The notes below the pieces were generated by a model, which had not been told where the DNA came from, did no database searches, and saw nothing but the letters and a program-made list of their open reading frames with translations. A stretch of 64,000 nt of DNA from Paramecium tetraurelia (lineage: Eukaryota): positions 1-64,000 of the forward strand of contig CT868174.1 of the NCBI GenBank assembly GCA_000165425.1, in the 5' to 3' direction. Shown piece by piece: positions 42,439-55,606 of this stretch. The position numbers were made by a program, and so were the translations under genes. The stretch's first letter is position 1, and each line of letters begins with the position of its first letter.

Positions 42439-44284
42439 ATGCAACAACTAAAGACAAAAATAAAGCCCCCTTTTTTGTTGGATGGGGTGTCAGCTGCTAG
42501 AAGAGGAAAGGTGCTCGATTACAAGCCTGAGAAGGATATCCATTTGGAATAATACTACTTTAATAAGAAAGTGAGAGAACAAGTGATCAAAATGAAACAA
42601 GATAGGATGAGTCAAAGAAATCTGGCTCCTCTGCAATCAAAGTCTTTTGATTAAACTATAGTAAGGATGAATACATAAAGTTTAGCATCAACAAAAATAA
42701 ACTTAAGCATTAAATTAATCCAGCTCGCCTCAGCATTAGACAGCTACTAAAGTCTCCAACACTCAAAAAGTTCCGAATGTATCAAGATCATTATCTAAAG
42801 AACATTTTGTAACATTTCTGGATTCTCTTATTACAACTGTACAGAATGTTTAACAGTTAGTAATTACATATTTTCCTTAAGATTAAATGGACAATAAATT
42901 ATCGAAATAGCAAGATGAATTACGTAAAATTAGTTAAGCAACTGAATAACTGAGCAGAAAATTGCGTACAAATTCTTTGGGTAGTAAAAAGGAAGTAGAG
43001 AATGTCAAAACTCAAAAGAACTTTTCGAAATTGCCTTAAATCAAGAAGAGTGAGGGTCATGTAAGCAAGACCTAAAGAGGAAGAGAACAATAATATCAAA
43101 TCCATAATTAACCAACTAAAAACATCACTACTACTGCCTCAAAAACTCTAGAGAAAAATCAAAATATTGAGATACACGAAACAGACGATCATAATTTTGG
43201 TTTTCAAAATCATGAATCTGCGTAGGACAATACAATCAAAAAGATCACTACAGATAAGCCTGTGGATCATATCTAAAGTCACAGAGAGCCTGACACTTAA
43301 TAATAAAAGTTGCTATAAATAAGATCAGATTAAACAACTTAACTTCCCTCCTTCAGGAGTTCATAATAAAAACCAGTTTATTAGTATAAGAAATATCATA
43401 AAGAAATTCAATTAGTCTTAACCAAACCAAAATAGCATAAAAATGAAATACAGTTAGTTTCACAATCTCCAGAATAATACAAAAGCAAAAGCGTTAATAC
43501 TAAGGACTATTTATAGAAAAGTTAATCAAGGAATTTGAAAAAATTGGATTTCAAAAAAATCACCTCTAACAATATTTCTAAAACTGAACAGCAAAAATCT
43601 AAAAAAATACTGGATGGCTAGGAAGATGCCATTAAGAAATCAAACACTCCTCCGATTCTAATTAAGATCACAGATATTGACAAATAACCTAATGTAGATC
43701 AGCCTAGGAATGAGGTTTAAGTTGAAGTTGTTGAGGAAGCAGTTTAGAATTTTTCTAATGATTCTGGGCTATTTTTAATTTAACAGTCCCAGAATCAAGA
43801 ATAGACTCAAACATAAACTTTAGATGAGGATAAGGGGAAATTGAATGGAACTGCATTCTTCAAGATTGTGGAAGAAGAAGAAAGGAAAGAGACTATTGGG
43901 AAGATGACTGAAAGCAATGAGATTTAAAGGTCAAATGTAAATGAAGAGGGGAATAAAGTAAAAGAATCTAATGATTAAGAAAAGCCATAAGAAAATGCTT
44001 TCATAATAATGATTCAAAATTAAGTTATTGAGAATGATCAGAAATTGCTAAAATAATAATAAACCAATTTTAACACAATTAATGATGTTGAAAATGGGAG
44101 CTAAGTGTTAATTAAGGCTGCGGAATCTATAGATCCATAAAGTGATTAGGATGTTGTCAATCCACTGGAAGATAGTGAGGACTAGCAAAGAGATCATTAG
44201 GAGAGCTTCTTGATTACTACCTTGGAGTAAAATAATTAATAAGTTATTGAATACTAGAAGGAAAATTTTGAATAAGAATCATGA
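42439..44284 (+). CDS. Hypothetical hydrophilic/disordered protein with acidic C-terminus
   Basis: MQQLKTKIKPPFLLDGVSAARRGKVLDYKPEKDIHLEQYYF..; intron near 42860; E/Q/N/D-rich; TGA 44282-44284. Confidence 0.7.
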
Positions 44285-44313
44285 TTTTTATTATTATATA
44301 TTTTTAATTAACT

Positions 44314-47300
44314 ATGTTATCAAAAAAGAGTTTGATGTCATTAATGGGATATGTTCCTGCTTTGGTTGTGTAGTATTTTGCATAGCATGAATAGTATAAA
44401 ATATTTGATTGTTGAGAATTAAGGAATTACCTGCAAAATAATCATTTTAAAGTGTTGTAATGTTCACAGATGTCTCAGGATTTACGAATCTGACCGAGAG
44501 TCTCTCAAAATTGGGAAACGAGGGGCCAGAATTAACAGCCTTCGTAATCAATAGATATATGGAATTACTAGTAAAGGCAATAAGTTAAAGTGGAGGTGAC
44601 ATTCTAAAGTTCGCTGGAGGTTGATATTATCTTACTAATTCTAGATGCCATGATTGTTGTATGGCCTCCTTCTTACAAAACGGACATCGTTTAGGTGCAT
44701 GAAGAGCTTCGTTTGACTTGCAGAATGGCACTTTAAAATGCATTGGACATCCAAAATAAATTAAATGATACATGCATATTGCCAGATTTGAAATTGTCAG
44801 TAAAAATAGGATTTGGAATTGGAGACATCAATATTATCTATGTGGGAGGAGTGTACAATCGATCTGAATATTTAGCAACAGGAGAACCATTGTTGCAAGC
44901 ATTCTAAAGTGAACATTGTGCTACCAAAGGAGGAGAAACTATAATATCAAAGGAAGTCTATGAATTTGTAAAAGATTACTTCACATTTGAAACCATCAAT
45001 CACGAAAATAAATAGTTTTATCAAGTTAAGAAATTGAATGCCTACAGCAAAGTTAAATTAAAAGCAGAGGCAACTCTCATCAAAAATTCAATCATTTTGA
45101 ATCCTAAAATATAGCAATAATTAGCAATGTTTGTACCTGCAGCACTTAAGCCATATATGGAAATAGGGTTGGAGAGGTGGGGCAGTGAATTAAGAAGAGT
45201 AACTACGATGTTCATCAATTTGAGTATAGATTTATCAGATGCCAAAACAGACTCAGGGTTACAGAGGATACAAAATGTAATCAAGACTGTTCAATATTGT
45301 GTCTATACATTTGAAGGTTCTCTAAATAAACTATTAATGGATGACAAAGGTTCTACATGTATTGCAGTGTTTGGATTACCACCTGTAAGTCATCAGAATG
45401 ATCCAGTGAGAGCCATTTAATCAGCATTTCTACTAGAGTCAGATTTGAAAAAGATCAAATGCAAAGTTGCAATTGGAATTTCCACTGGGATAGCATACTG
45501 TGGAGTCGTAGGAACTTCAGGGAGTCGGAGAGAATATTCAGTGTTGGGAGATTGTGTTAATTTGGCTGCTAGATTGATGTAAATTGCAACTTAACCATTT
45601 TCACCCTGTATCTTAATAGATTAGACCAGTGCAAGTGATGCCTAGACTAAGATCTAATCCATTTTTTGGAGTGAAAGGAAAGTTAAAGGAAAGGAAAAAG
45701 GAGTATTGATATATGAACCCTTAACTTTGTAGGAGGATTTTAAGAAGATAAAAGATATCAATACTCATCTTGAATTTAGAATGATGAATACTCAATCTAT
45801 GGTTAGCCTATCCAACTTTAATTCTACCTTCTCATCAAAATCACTTCAATATCACAATAACCTTTAATCAGTTATCGTGTTTGATAAATATCATAGTCAT
45901 TGTAGAGAATATGATGAGGAACTTTAACCAGTAGGCAGAAAATAGGAGATTAATTAGATAAAGAATTTTATACAAAAATTTTTAGATGAATTCAAAAAAA
46001 ACAAACATGTTCAAAATAGATTGGTGTTAATTAAAGGTGAATATGGGATTGGTAAATCATTTTTAGCCAAAACGGTGCTCAAAAACATTGAGTCCTTACA
46101 AAATAAGGAAGCCCTTTTGGAAATTATGATATCATCATTGAATCCATCCAGTCGATCAAAATTGTTAAATTCTATTAAAATTATTCTCAGAAATATTTTT
46201 CTTTCCTATGCATAGAGATTAAACAAGGCTGCTAATATTGAATTAATTTAATAAATTTACGAGTGTGATTCTCATTTAGCAAATATTATTAGTTAAGTGT
46301 TGAGTCTCACTGTAAATGATATCAAAGCCAATACAATTAGGGAGGATTTAACTTTAGCAAAATCAATCAAAAAGTTTGTTTATAGACTCTTCAGCTTGTA
46401 TTTAGAACAAGAATAAGGATAAATCTAAAATGAGATGCAAAATGAGGATTAAATATAGGAATACTATTCTCAAGCCCTTATAATAATGATTGACGATATG
46501 CAAGACACTGATGATGGATCATTATATCTTTTGAAATCTATTCTCAAAAACTTTAAAAATATTTTAGTTGTTGGTTGCATCAGGAATAAATTTAAGGAGT
46601 TTTCCTTTTTTGATAATTCTAATAATTAATCTGATAGCTAATCAGAATTTTTAACTAAAATGATAAAATAGCAAACAAACAATTTGACAATCAATTTGAA
46701 AGGACTTAAATAGACTGAGTAGTTGTAAGATTTATTTGAAAAGTTTTTCAAGATCAAATCTTTTGTTTGTATGGAAGAAGATTAAAAAAATCAGGATTAA
46801 ACAATGTTTGCACGCAGGAAACGAACATCCTCTATAGACGATATTTATGAAATGGTTGAATTACTGAAAAAAGTCAGAGATCCATTAATGTTTTGGGAGT
46901 CAAAGCCTGAATTAGAAGAGATGGATTTCAATTCTGTTTGTATTAATTATTTGTATGTGATTACATGTGGCCATCCCTTGAAAGTGATCTATCTAATGAA
47001 ACATTTATTGAATAATCATTACATAATACTTGATGAGTAAAGAAATCTAGGAATGGCTTCAAAGAAATTCCGCACTCTTATTAAACATGAAGAATGGTTA
47101 GACATTGACTCTCCTTTGATGGCTGTTTAAATAAATGGTCCTTATATTGACAAATTAACTGCATTACAGTAATTAATATTAAAATAAGCTTGTGTAATTG
47201 GAGATATATTTGACATATAAACGTTGAATTATGTGAATCCATTTAAAGATTTTATTAAACAAAAACTCTTAATAAATGAATTGAACTCTCTTTATGAATA

Positions 47301-48436
47301 AGGTCTATTAGACATTTTGAATATGGAAGTGGAAAATATTTATTATAGATTTTCTTATTCATTTTTTAGAGAGACAATCTATCAAAGAATGACTTACGCA
47401 TAAAGAAGACAAGCCCATAAAAATGTTGCTTTGGCATTATAGAAAATCCCTCAACCCTTTGATTATCATAATAACAAAGAGTACACTAGAATGCAATACC
47501 ATTGGACCTAAGCGTAAAATAGAAATTCAGTAATTGTAGATGAAGGCACTTTGTTACCAAAATTGACACTGTATGAAAAGAAATAATTGATAATAAAAAA
47601 GATTAAATAATTATTAGATTAAAATCGAAGAAATGTGCTATTGAAATCTGGATATATCAACAAAAGATCTGAGAAGGGGTTGTAATGGAACTGGCGGTTT
47701 TGTGTCATATCAAGTGAATGTTTAATGTAAGTAAATTTATAATAAAATTAGTGTTTCCCAAGAGGATGACAATCCTGAACATATTTTAACTATTTACTTG
47801 AAACACATTCAACTCATAGAGAGGGAGTTTAACTCCTAATATTTTACTTTAACTGTCACTACTTCTTAATGGAGCAGAGGGAACCAAGTATTTGAGAATT
47901 ATAGAAAAGTTTAATTTGCCCTTGAGACAGAAGATGAATTGAATGAATGGGTTACGTATTTAGAATTTGCTAAGGCTTATGCTATTTATATGGATTTTGT
48001 AAACAATTTTGGAAAAATCTCATTCCCATTGTCATCAAATGAATATGATTTTCAATTGAAAAGCGAATTGCAACACGACAACAGAAGAATTGCAAGATTA
48101 GGTTTGATCGATTCTAGCATGGGAAGTGAGAAAATTTAGGTGAGACATACAAAAGCATCGACAAGCAGACCTACCATGTAAAGAAAGCATAAGCCAAGAA
48201 AGTCAAGTTTGTTTGCTGATGGATATAGAGGGAGTACTTCAAGTTCTCAATAGAATACTTCATTATGTAATATTATAGTTATAGTATGATTAGAACAGCA
48301 GAAAGGATACGATTAATCGGAATTAGTATTGAATATTAAGACTTTACTATTAAACGCCCAGTTGTAATTGTTAGCTCTGATCGTGAATAAGGCTACTAGT
48401 TAAAAGTAGATTGTTTTGGGATAAAAACTTTTTTGA
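44314..48436 (+). CDS. Soluble adenylyl cyclase (ADCY10-like): tandem class III cyclase domains + P-loop/STAND region + C-terminal PH domain
   Basis: C1 VMFTDVSGFT..GGDILKFAGDAMIVVW; C2 SELRRVTTMFI..NKLLMDDKGS..REYSVLGDCVNLAARLM..VKGK; Walker A GEYGIGKS; Walker B IIMIDDMQ; YRFSYSFFRETIYQRM; PH LKSGYINKR..ETEDELNEWVTYL. Confidence 0.9.
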
Positions 48437-48483
48437 ACTAAATTTATATAATATATATATTCATCAAATTTATAAGGCGGGAA

Positions 48484-50123
48484 ATGGAGGTCAGCAATAT
48501 ATTGAAAATGTTGAATTATGCGGGCATTCATTTTAGAAAAGATGGATTTAGTAGGTTTAAAGAGTTGTATGGATCATACATTGACAAATCCCTTCTGGAA
48601 AAATTTGTGTATTTCGCAAAAGAACTTGCTTATGAATATCTAGAGAAAGAAGAAGTCGAGAAAATAACTGAGATGATCAAGCAAGGAAAATAATCAAATT
48701 CCTTTGATTAAGTTACAATATTATAAGAGAGAATAAGGAAATCAATAATCGTATTAGAGTATTTCGAGTTAGACAGATTTACATTTTAATGCAGTCCTAA
48801 GGATAAATGTAATATGCAATTGAATAGATTGGCACACATTACCTAATTGTTGAAATAAGACCCTCGTTATGTATTTGGTTATTAAAGCAACGATGAAATT
48901 TCAATTAGTTCAATTGGTACTGCAAATGGGTCTACAGATAAAATCTATTATATATTGGGGTACATAATAATAGTATAATAGAATATTGATATAACTGGGA
49001 AATCATTATTATTTGAGTGATGGAGATGACAAAATTAAGATAAATTTATAGAATGCTCATAATAAGAGTTTTTTCAAAAATGACAAAGTTGAATAAGTGG
49101 ACATTGGATTAGCAAATTTGGGAAGTGTTTTGATGATGGTAGGAGAGTGGAACGATCATCATGGATATTTTTAGGTCACTAATTTTACTATTCCCTTTGT
49201 AATTATGCTTAATTAATAATAAGTTTAATTTGAAGAAGGAGATTAAATCACAAATGAAAAATTCAGACTTGAAAGAAATATTGTAATTGGACACTTTTGG
49301 AGTTTACAATAAAATCCTTAAGTTTAGTTCTGCACAAGAGTATTAAACGATAGAGAGATAAAAAAGTTTAAATATATTTTTGAAAGATGACTTTGATAAA
49401 ATGTGGATACTGTCCAATTTTAGTTTTGAAAGCCTATTATCGATCCAATCATTTGAAAATTTGATTAAACAAGCAATAGAGTATAAGTTGCCACCTCCAG
49501 GTGCAATATTTTTTTTGGGGCAATTTTCTAGTCAACAAATTCCAAATCATGAATCACTGTATGGGAATGAGTTGGTAAAGATTATTAAACATTTTACTGA
49601 TTATCTACAGAAAACCTTACTATTTTTTATACCTTCATATAATGATTTTCCATTAGCATATTCTATGCCAAAAACACCAATTAATTTGACCTTGTATATG
49701 AAGGAACCAACATAGATGATGCATAGTTTGAGTAATCCTTGTAGGCTATCAATAAAGGGGTTCAATATTGTTATTACTAGGAATGATATTTCTAAGGAAA
49801 TAAGAAAGAATCATATCCAATCATTTTAGGCTGGCCATGAACATCTATGTGAAACAATCATATCCTAACAATATTTGGGAACATTTTAGAGCAACCAGAT
49901 TTGTTATAAATGGAATTATGATTTTGCTATGCTACTTGATCCCAGTGTTGATTTAGTTGTATTATGTGATTTAACAGCTGATTAATTCAAATACCAAACG
50001 ATTATTAATGACACCTAAGTCATGAATCCTGGCAATTTTTAAAAATTAGATTTTGGAATAATAGGTTTTAATAACAAAAAATAAACGATGTCTTGTTAAA
50101 CTGCTAATTTGAATTAGAAATGA
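48484..50123 (+). CDS. POLE2: DNA polymerase epsilon subunit B (Dpb2)
   Basis: YILGILIQLGNHYYLSDGDDKIKINL after a 22-nt intron; FFLGQFSS; FFIPSYND; SNPCRL; LCETIISQQYL; WNYDFAMLLDPSVDLVVLCD; NPGNF. Confidence 0.85.
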
Positions 50124-50173
50124 ATTTCTTATTTATATTTCAAAAATCCCTCCAATATTATTATTTTATATTT

Positions 50174-50925
50174 ATGAAATCAAAACAATACACTCTCATC
50201 TCTATTGAAGGCAACATTGGATCTGGCAAAAGCACTCTACTAAGATTAATGTAATAGAAATATCCAGATGTAAATATCCTTAATAATTCTTAGTTGAGAT
50301 TTATCGCAGAACCAGTTAATGAATGGCAAAGCATTAATGGAGATCCATCTTTGAATTTATTGGGTTCCTTCTATGAGGAGCCATCAAGATGGGCTTACAC
50401 TATGCAAGTTTATGCATTCTACAGCAGACTCAAGCATTGGAAGGAGGTTCTCTCTGATCCATTGAATCCTGAAGATAGACATCTCATTCTAAGTGAAAGG
50501 AGCATTGAAGCTGACAAAGAGATCTTTGCTGTGAATGGACACAAGAATGGGATGATAAACAATCTAGAATTTGCCTTGTATGAAAAATTCTATGATTGGC
50601 TCTGTGATGAAGTTTTCGGGAAAAAAATCCAAAAGCAAATGATCATATATTTATAAGTGGACCCAGATGTCTGCTATTAAAGGATGCAAAAAAGAGCAAG
50701 AGAATGAAGAAAAAGTATTACCGCCATTTTTATTATTTAAAGAATACCATTTCTAAAGAATATCTGACTCAAATCCACAATAGACATGAAGAATGGCTAT
50801 TAAGGGAAACACATCAAAATACCTCTATACTAGTACTAAATGGAGATAAGGAGTTCGAAAGTGATCTCGTACAACAAAGTAAATTGTTTAACTCTATCGA
50901 TTAATTTTTACAAGAATTATTTTGA
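50174..50925 (+). CDS. Deoxynucleoside kinase (dCK/dGK family); as assembled it carries a +1 frame break and in-frame TGA at 50705
   Basis: ISIEGNIGSGKST, EPVNEWQ, RWAYTMQ, LSERS, IIYLQVDPDVCYQRMQKRAR, EYLTQIHNRHEEWL. Confidence 0.9.
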
Positions 50926-51006
50926 ATTTAATTAAGTTATTTATATATATTTATAATATTTGTGTCAATCTCTATTTCATTAATTCTAAAAAATTTGAAT
51001 ATATAA

Positions 51007-53007
51007 TCATTATTGGCTTATAAATTGTTCTGTTAAACTTTAAGCAAGATTTAATCCATTTACAATGTTGATCGAAAAAAATGTTTCATTTTACTCCTTT
51101 TTTTTTAATTGTAATTTTGGTAATTCACTCTTTTATTTTTAAATTTTGCATGTGCTTTACTAATTAGACAATTGTTGTTAGTGTATCAACTACTTCAAGA
51201 TTTCAGCATCAATTACAGAATCATATGACACTAATTGATTATCATACTTTTCTGACCTTGTTCGATGTATTATTACAGCATCACGAATTTGAACGCTTTC
51301 TCTTGATGTCACATCAAGATTGGCTAATTAAGAAATCTCATCATAGATATCAGGATGATAATCTCTTATATACATTTATACCTTATCGAGTATATTTTTT
51401 TAATAATTGATTGTTAATCTTATGTTTTCATCCATCATGCTTTCACCATTGATTATCTATTTGATCTTTTAAAATACTTTATTAATATTTAATAATTGAA
51501 ATGAGTAATCTGCTTATTCTGATAGAATTTAATTATTATCATCAACTTTTGATGTTCTTTTTTAAAATTCTTAACTTTATTTGATAGCTTCAATGGAAAC
51601 TTTAACAGTTTCATACTTTTATTCTAAAAGATTATGCAGGAGATTATTTTCTAGGATGTGTTTTTTAAAGATATATCCAAGCACATTTATATCCGTTTTA
51701 AAATCAAAATTTTTGGAATTCCAAAGTTCAACTGATTGACTTATTACAACTTAGAAAAGAGTTTCTAAGTCTTTTATGTATGTGAATTTTGAATGTCCAG
51801 CCATTCTTATGTTTGATTGATTGGTTGAAAGATCAATCAAAGATTAGATGTAATCTTTTAACAAGAATGATTCGTACTTGAGAGAGGGATTAAGTCTAAC
51901 CTATTAAAGCCATTAAAGGAAAATAGATCTTAAAAAATGTTTGCATTTTTGATAGATGCACTGATTCCACATTTTCATCATAATCCATTAGAGTGTAAAG
52001 GGAGGAAATTCATATGAAGGCAATTGTTCGAGTAACATGATGTCGAACATTTTAAGATAAGGGGTAGCAAATTCATCAAGTTGTTGCATCCAAATAAGAT
52101 ACATTTAATAATTATAAAGATAAAAATCTAGGAGGCCAATATTATCAGTTCCATTGAATGCACACTCAAGAGTCAATGCCACAATTTATAATAGAGATTT
52201 AATTGATGAAAATAAAATTATTAAAATATTAAATAATTAAGGCAATCTAAAAATAATTATTATAAACTGTTACTTTTCATCTACCGAGAATACTTTGATT
52301 GTTCTAATCTCCAACATTGAATTTGTCAATTGCTATTTTTAAAGTGATGACTTTTTGAAATAAGCCCTCGTCTGATTCATGATTTAGATTTCAGTAATAG
52401 TGTGGCATTCTTAACTATCTGATAATTTTTGCATAATCTATCTTTAGAAATCTGAGTTCAACCCTTCCTTTGTCACCTCATCCATTAATAGCGGAGGATA
52501 AATGATGTGCAATTGGTAGGCATTCTGCAATGCTTGTCTGAAATTTATTTGCAGATTTAAAATTTATTTTCTACAATTTTCATTAAGTTGAATAAATTAC
52601 TTATTCTATATGAAAACCTCTAGCACTTGTGGCCAAGACGCATGTTTGGTTTGCACTGCTTACTATGCAATGCCTCTTCTGTCTTCATACTATTTGTACA
52701 ATAGATTCCCACATGCAATTGAGTAAGGAAGAGACGTGTAAAATCTTTCATATACAAACCTACTTGTGCAATATAAATTGGTAAGATCATTTATGGTCAG
52801 GAATTTGCATATTCCATCAATGACAGGGTTGGGCATGCGATTGAAGTAAAACTCAACTCCTCCGAACATCGAAGAACTCAAGCTGCCGTCTGTCGTAAAT
52901 CTAATCAAACCTGACTCATTCGTGGGAGCTGTTGAAACTGACCTACCCATACTATTCAAACTCAAATTGCTATTTCTCTTTTTGGCTTATAATTATTTAT
53001 TTCCCAT
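51007..53007 (-). CDS. F-box-containing hypothetical protein
   Basis: MGNKQ.. start; RMPNPVIDGICKFLTINDLTNLYCTSRFVY fits the F-box consensus (LPxEIxxxIxxYLxxxDLxxxxxVC/S); rest unassigned. Confidence 0.65.
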
Positions 53008-53036
53008 ATGACAATATTAATTAATTTAAACTATTG

Positions 53037-54514
53037 ATGATCAGATATGCTACTCGTTTAGTGCGACAATTCTCTACTAAAATTGTATAAAATTAATATA
53101 AACCCTAGGATGAAATTCTTGAAATCGGTTAAATGTCACAGACAAAAGGAACATTAACAATCTGTCCAATCCCAATAGGAAACATGTCAGATTGGAGTTC
53201 AAGATAAAACCTAGCCTTATTTGGAGTAGATGTAATTGCCTGTTAAGATATTAATTCAACTGGATTTTTCATCAAAAACATAAGGATTAAAGATGGAAAC
53301 ATTCAATAAGTGATTGTTCCTGAAGATGCTAAGGAATGCGATTTGGATGAAGATGACATCCAAATTCAGGATATAATATTTAAATCAACCAACCAGTTGA
53401 AAGAGTATATAAGCCAATAATATTTAGGAAATTGCCAGAATTAAATAAGGAATTTATAACATCAACAGATTTTAAGTTTTATAAGTAGAAGAAACTAGAA
53501 GAAATCAAAGAATAACAAGGGAGAGAATCTTAGAAGTAAAAGGACTTACCGGAAGACGAGGAAATAAACCCATCTGAATTTGAAGTATATGGTTTGAGTG
53601 CACCTTTGATGATGTATTTAAGAAATAAAGTAGCATAAGCTAAGAAATAAAAAGGAAGAGGGTTAATAATTGGTTGCACTAACTTTAATGATGACAAAAA
53701 AATCGATAGATTAATTGCTATGATGAAAATGGGATTGAATGTAGCCTTAGTAGTTAATAGTGGAACTCCAGCAATATCGGATAATGGATACAAATTCGTT
53801 AATAAGTGTATAGAGAGGAATGTCCAAATTGAAGTATTACCAGGAGCAAGTGCTATCTCAGTGGCTTTGAGTACTTGTGGATTTCCTGCTGATAATTTCA
53901 CCTTCTTAGGAGTCTTTTCACTTTAAGATAACAATAAGGACATCTTATCGTTGTATAAGAAACAACCATAAACAATAGTGTTGTTTGAATCTCCAAATAG
54001 AATTCATTAAACTATCTTGAAAATTGAAGAGATTTTTGGGGAAAATCAGTAAGTTTGGGTTGGGTTTGATTTAACAAAGTAGAATGAAAAGAAAATAAGA
54101 GGAAGGTGTAGAGAGATATACGAATAATTGACAGATCCTTAAATTGTCACTCCTGCTTAATTGAAGGGGGAAATTACTATAATTATTAGTCCTTACACTG
54201 TTTAGTTTAATGAGGATTTGAGAGCTTAATAAATCTTGTAGGAGGACAAAAATGTTGGGTTTACAGAATCAAAGAAGGATGGATAGGAATAGAAATTGAT
54301 AAAAAAAGTGGAGTATCTACATTTAGCAAGGGTATTTGGGGATAAATTTATGGATAATGATGATGATTTGAATGAAATTCTATAGAAGGCATTGATGATA
54401 TCTAAGTAGAGGGCAAGTTAATTGGTTAAACAGATTAGAGAGTAGTAGAAAAATGAGGAGAACATCAGTAAGATAAGGGAGAGTTTGGGAGTTGAAAATA
54501 GATTTCAGAAATGA
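53037..54514 (+). CDS. rsmI: RsmI-like (tetrapyrrole methylase family) rRNA 2'-O-methyltransferase, probably mitochondrial, with a large insertion
   Basis: MIRYATRLVRQFSTKI presequence-like; GTLTICPIPIGNMSDWSSR..VDVIACQD; VALVVNSGTPAISDNGY; LPGASA; FTFLG; VLFESPNRI; DLTKQNE; KGEITIII. Confidence 0.82.
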
Positions 54515-54935
54515 GGATTCACTATTATGATTGTAAATTAGTATTATAAGGATGAAAATATAGTAATTTTTATATATGTGATTTTTAAACATTCTTTATT
54601 ATTCATAAGTAGTATGTTTGGATACTAAATTGAAAAGGAAATATGTCTTGGAGCAATATAAAATAGATGGCCCCAATTCAATTATAAATTCTTGTCCTCT
54701 TTTGCTTTTTTATAATGTAAAATATTTATAATTTTCTCAAACTCTACCAATCTAAATTTATCCACCATCTGTAGATTTATGATTGTTAGTAACAAAGACA
54801 CTACATTTTAGATTCAGGAGATAGTAAATGAAATATTTCGAACTTAATTATGACGTTTATAATTTCTGCTATGCATTTTTATTGGCTGGAAAAAATAAAA
54901 TATCTTATTTTTAGCAATTAAATATATTAACAATA

Positions 54936-55172
54936 ATGGGATGCGCAGCCTAAAAGGATTAACTTAAAAAAACAGATTTTGATGAGCACGCTTAGAAATT
55001 AGATTGTCAGGATCATTAGTTCAAAGGGATGGTCGCTTTTAAGTGTTTAAAATAAAAGCATATGGCTTATAATATTGGATAGTAGTAAAGTATAGCTTAT
55101 TTATCATTAACCGTAGAGACTTGTTCTCCAAATCATAAATGTAATTAAGGATAGGAATTAGAGGAGAGCTGA
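54936..55172 (+). CDS. Small MGC-start protein (~70-78 aa), putative dual N-acylation
   Basis: MGCAAQKDQLKKTDFDEHAQKLDCQDHQFKGMVAFKCLKQKH..; optional 27-nt GT..AG intron; TGA 55170-55172. Confidence 0.5.
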
Positions 55173-55606
55173 ACACAAATATTTCAATTGATCATAATTA
55201 TTCATATTAACTTTATTTTAAGATCATTATTGAGCTTGAGTATCTAAGTTTAGTTTTGTTTGAAATAATTTTGTTAACTATGAACATTACTAATGATATT
55301 ACTTGTATATGCGCAAAAATTTATCATATAATTTACTAGAGTTTATAATTAAATAAGATTTCAGAAAAGAGACTTTATTTTCTAATCTAAAGTGAATGAC
55401 TTTTCTGAAAACACAACTGCAGACTTGATCAGACTTCTATGAAATTAGGTTTATAAGATAAAAAGAAATTGTAATTGATTTGTAAGATAACTCTTAATTA
55501 AATTCAAGTTAAAATTAAAATTGAATTGAATGGAGTTAAACTTAGGCTTCGAAACCAAATTATAGAAGATAAAATGATAAAATTATGATATAAATATAAT
55601 TAAATT

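Noticed and set aside
50705..50707. In-frame TGA as selenocysteine or readthrough
   Set aside because: Readthrough alone does not restore the downstream frame, and the position is not a Cys site.
48484..50925. POLE2 next to a deoxynucleoside kinase (plus POP elsewhere) as a replication cluster or viral insert
   Set aside because: All have host-type tiny introns and code 6, no viral hallmark genes are present, and adjacency is unremarkable at this gene density.
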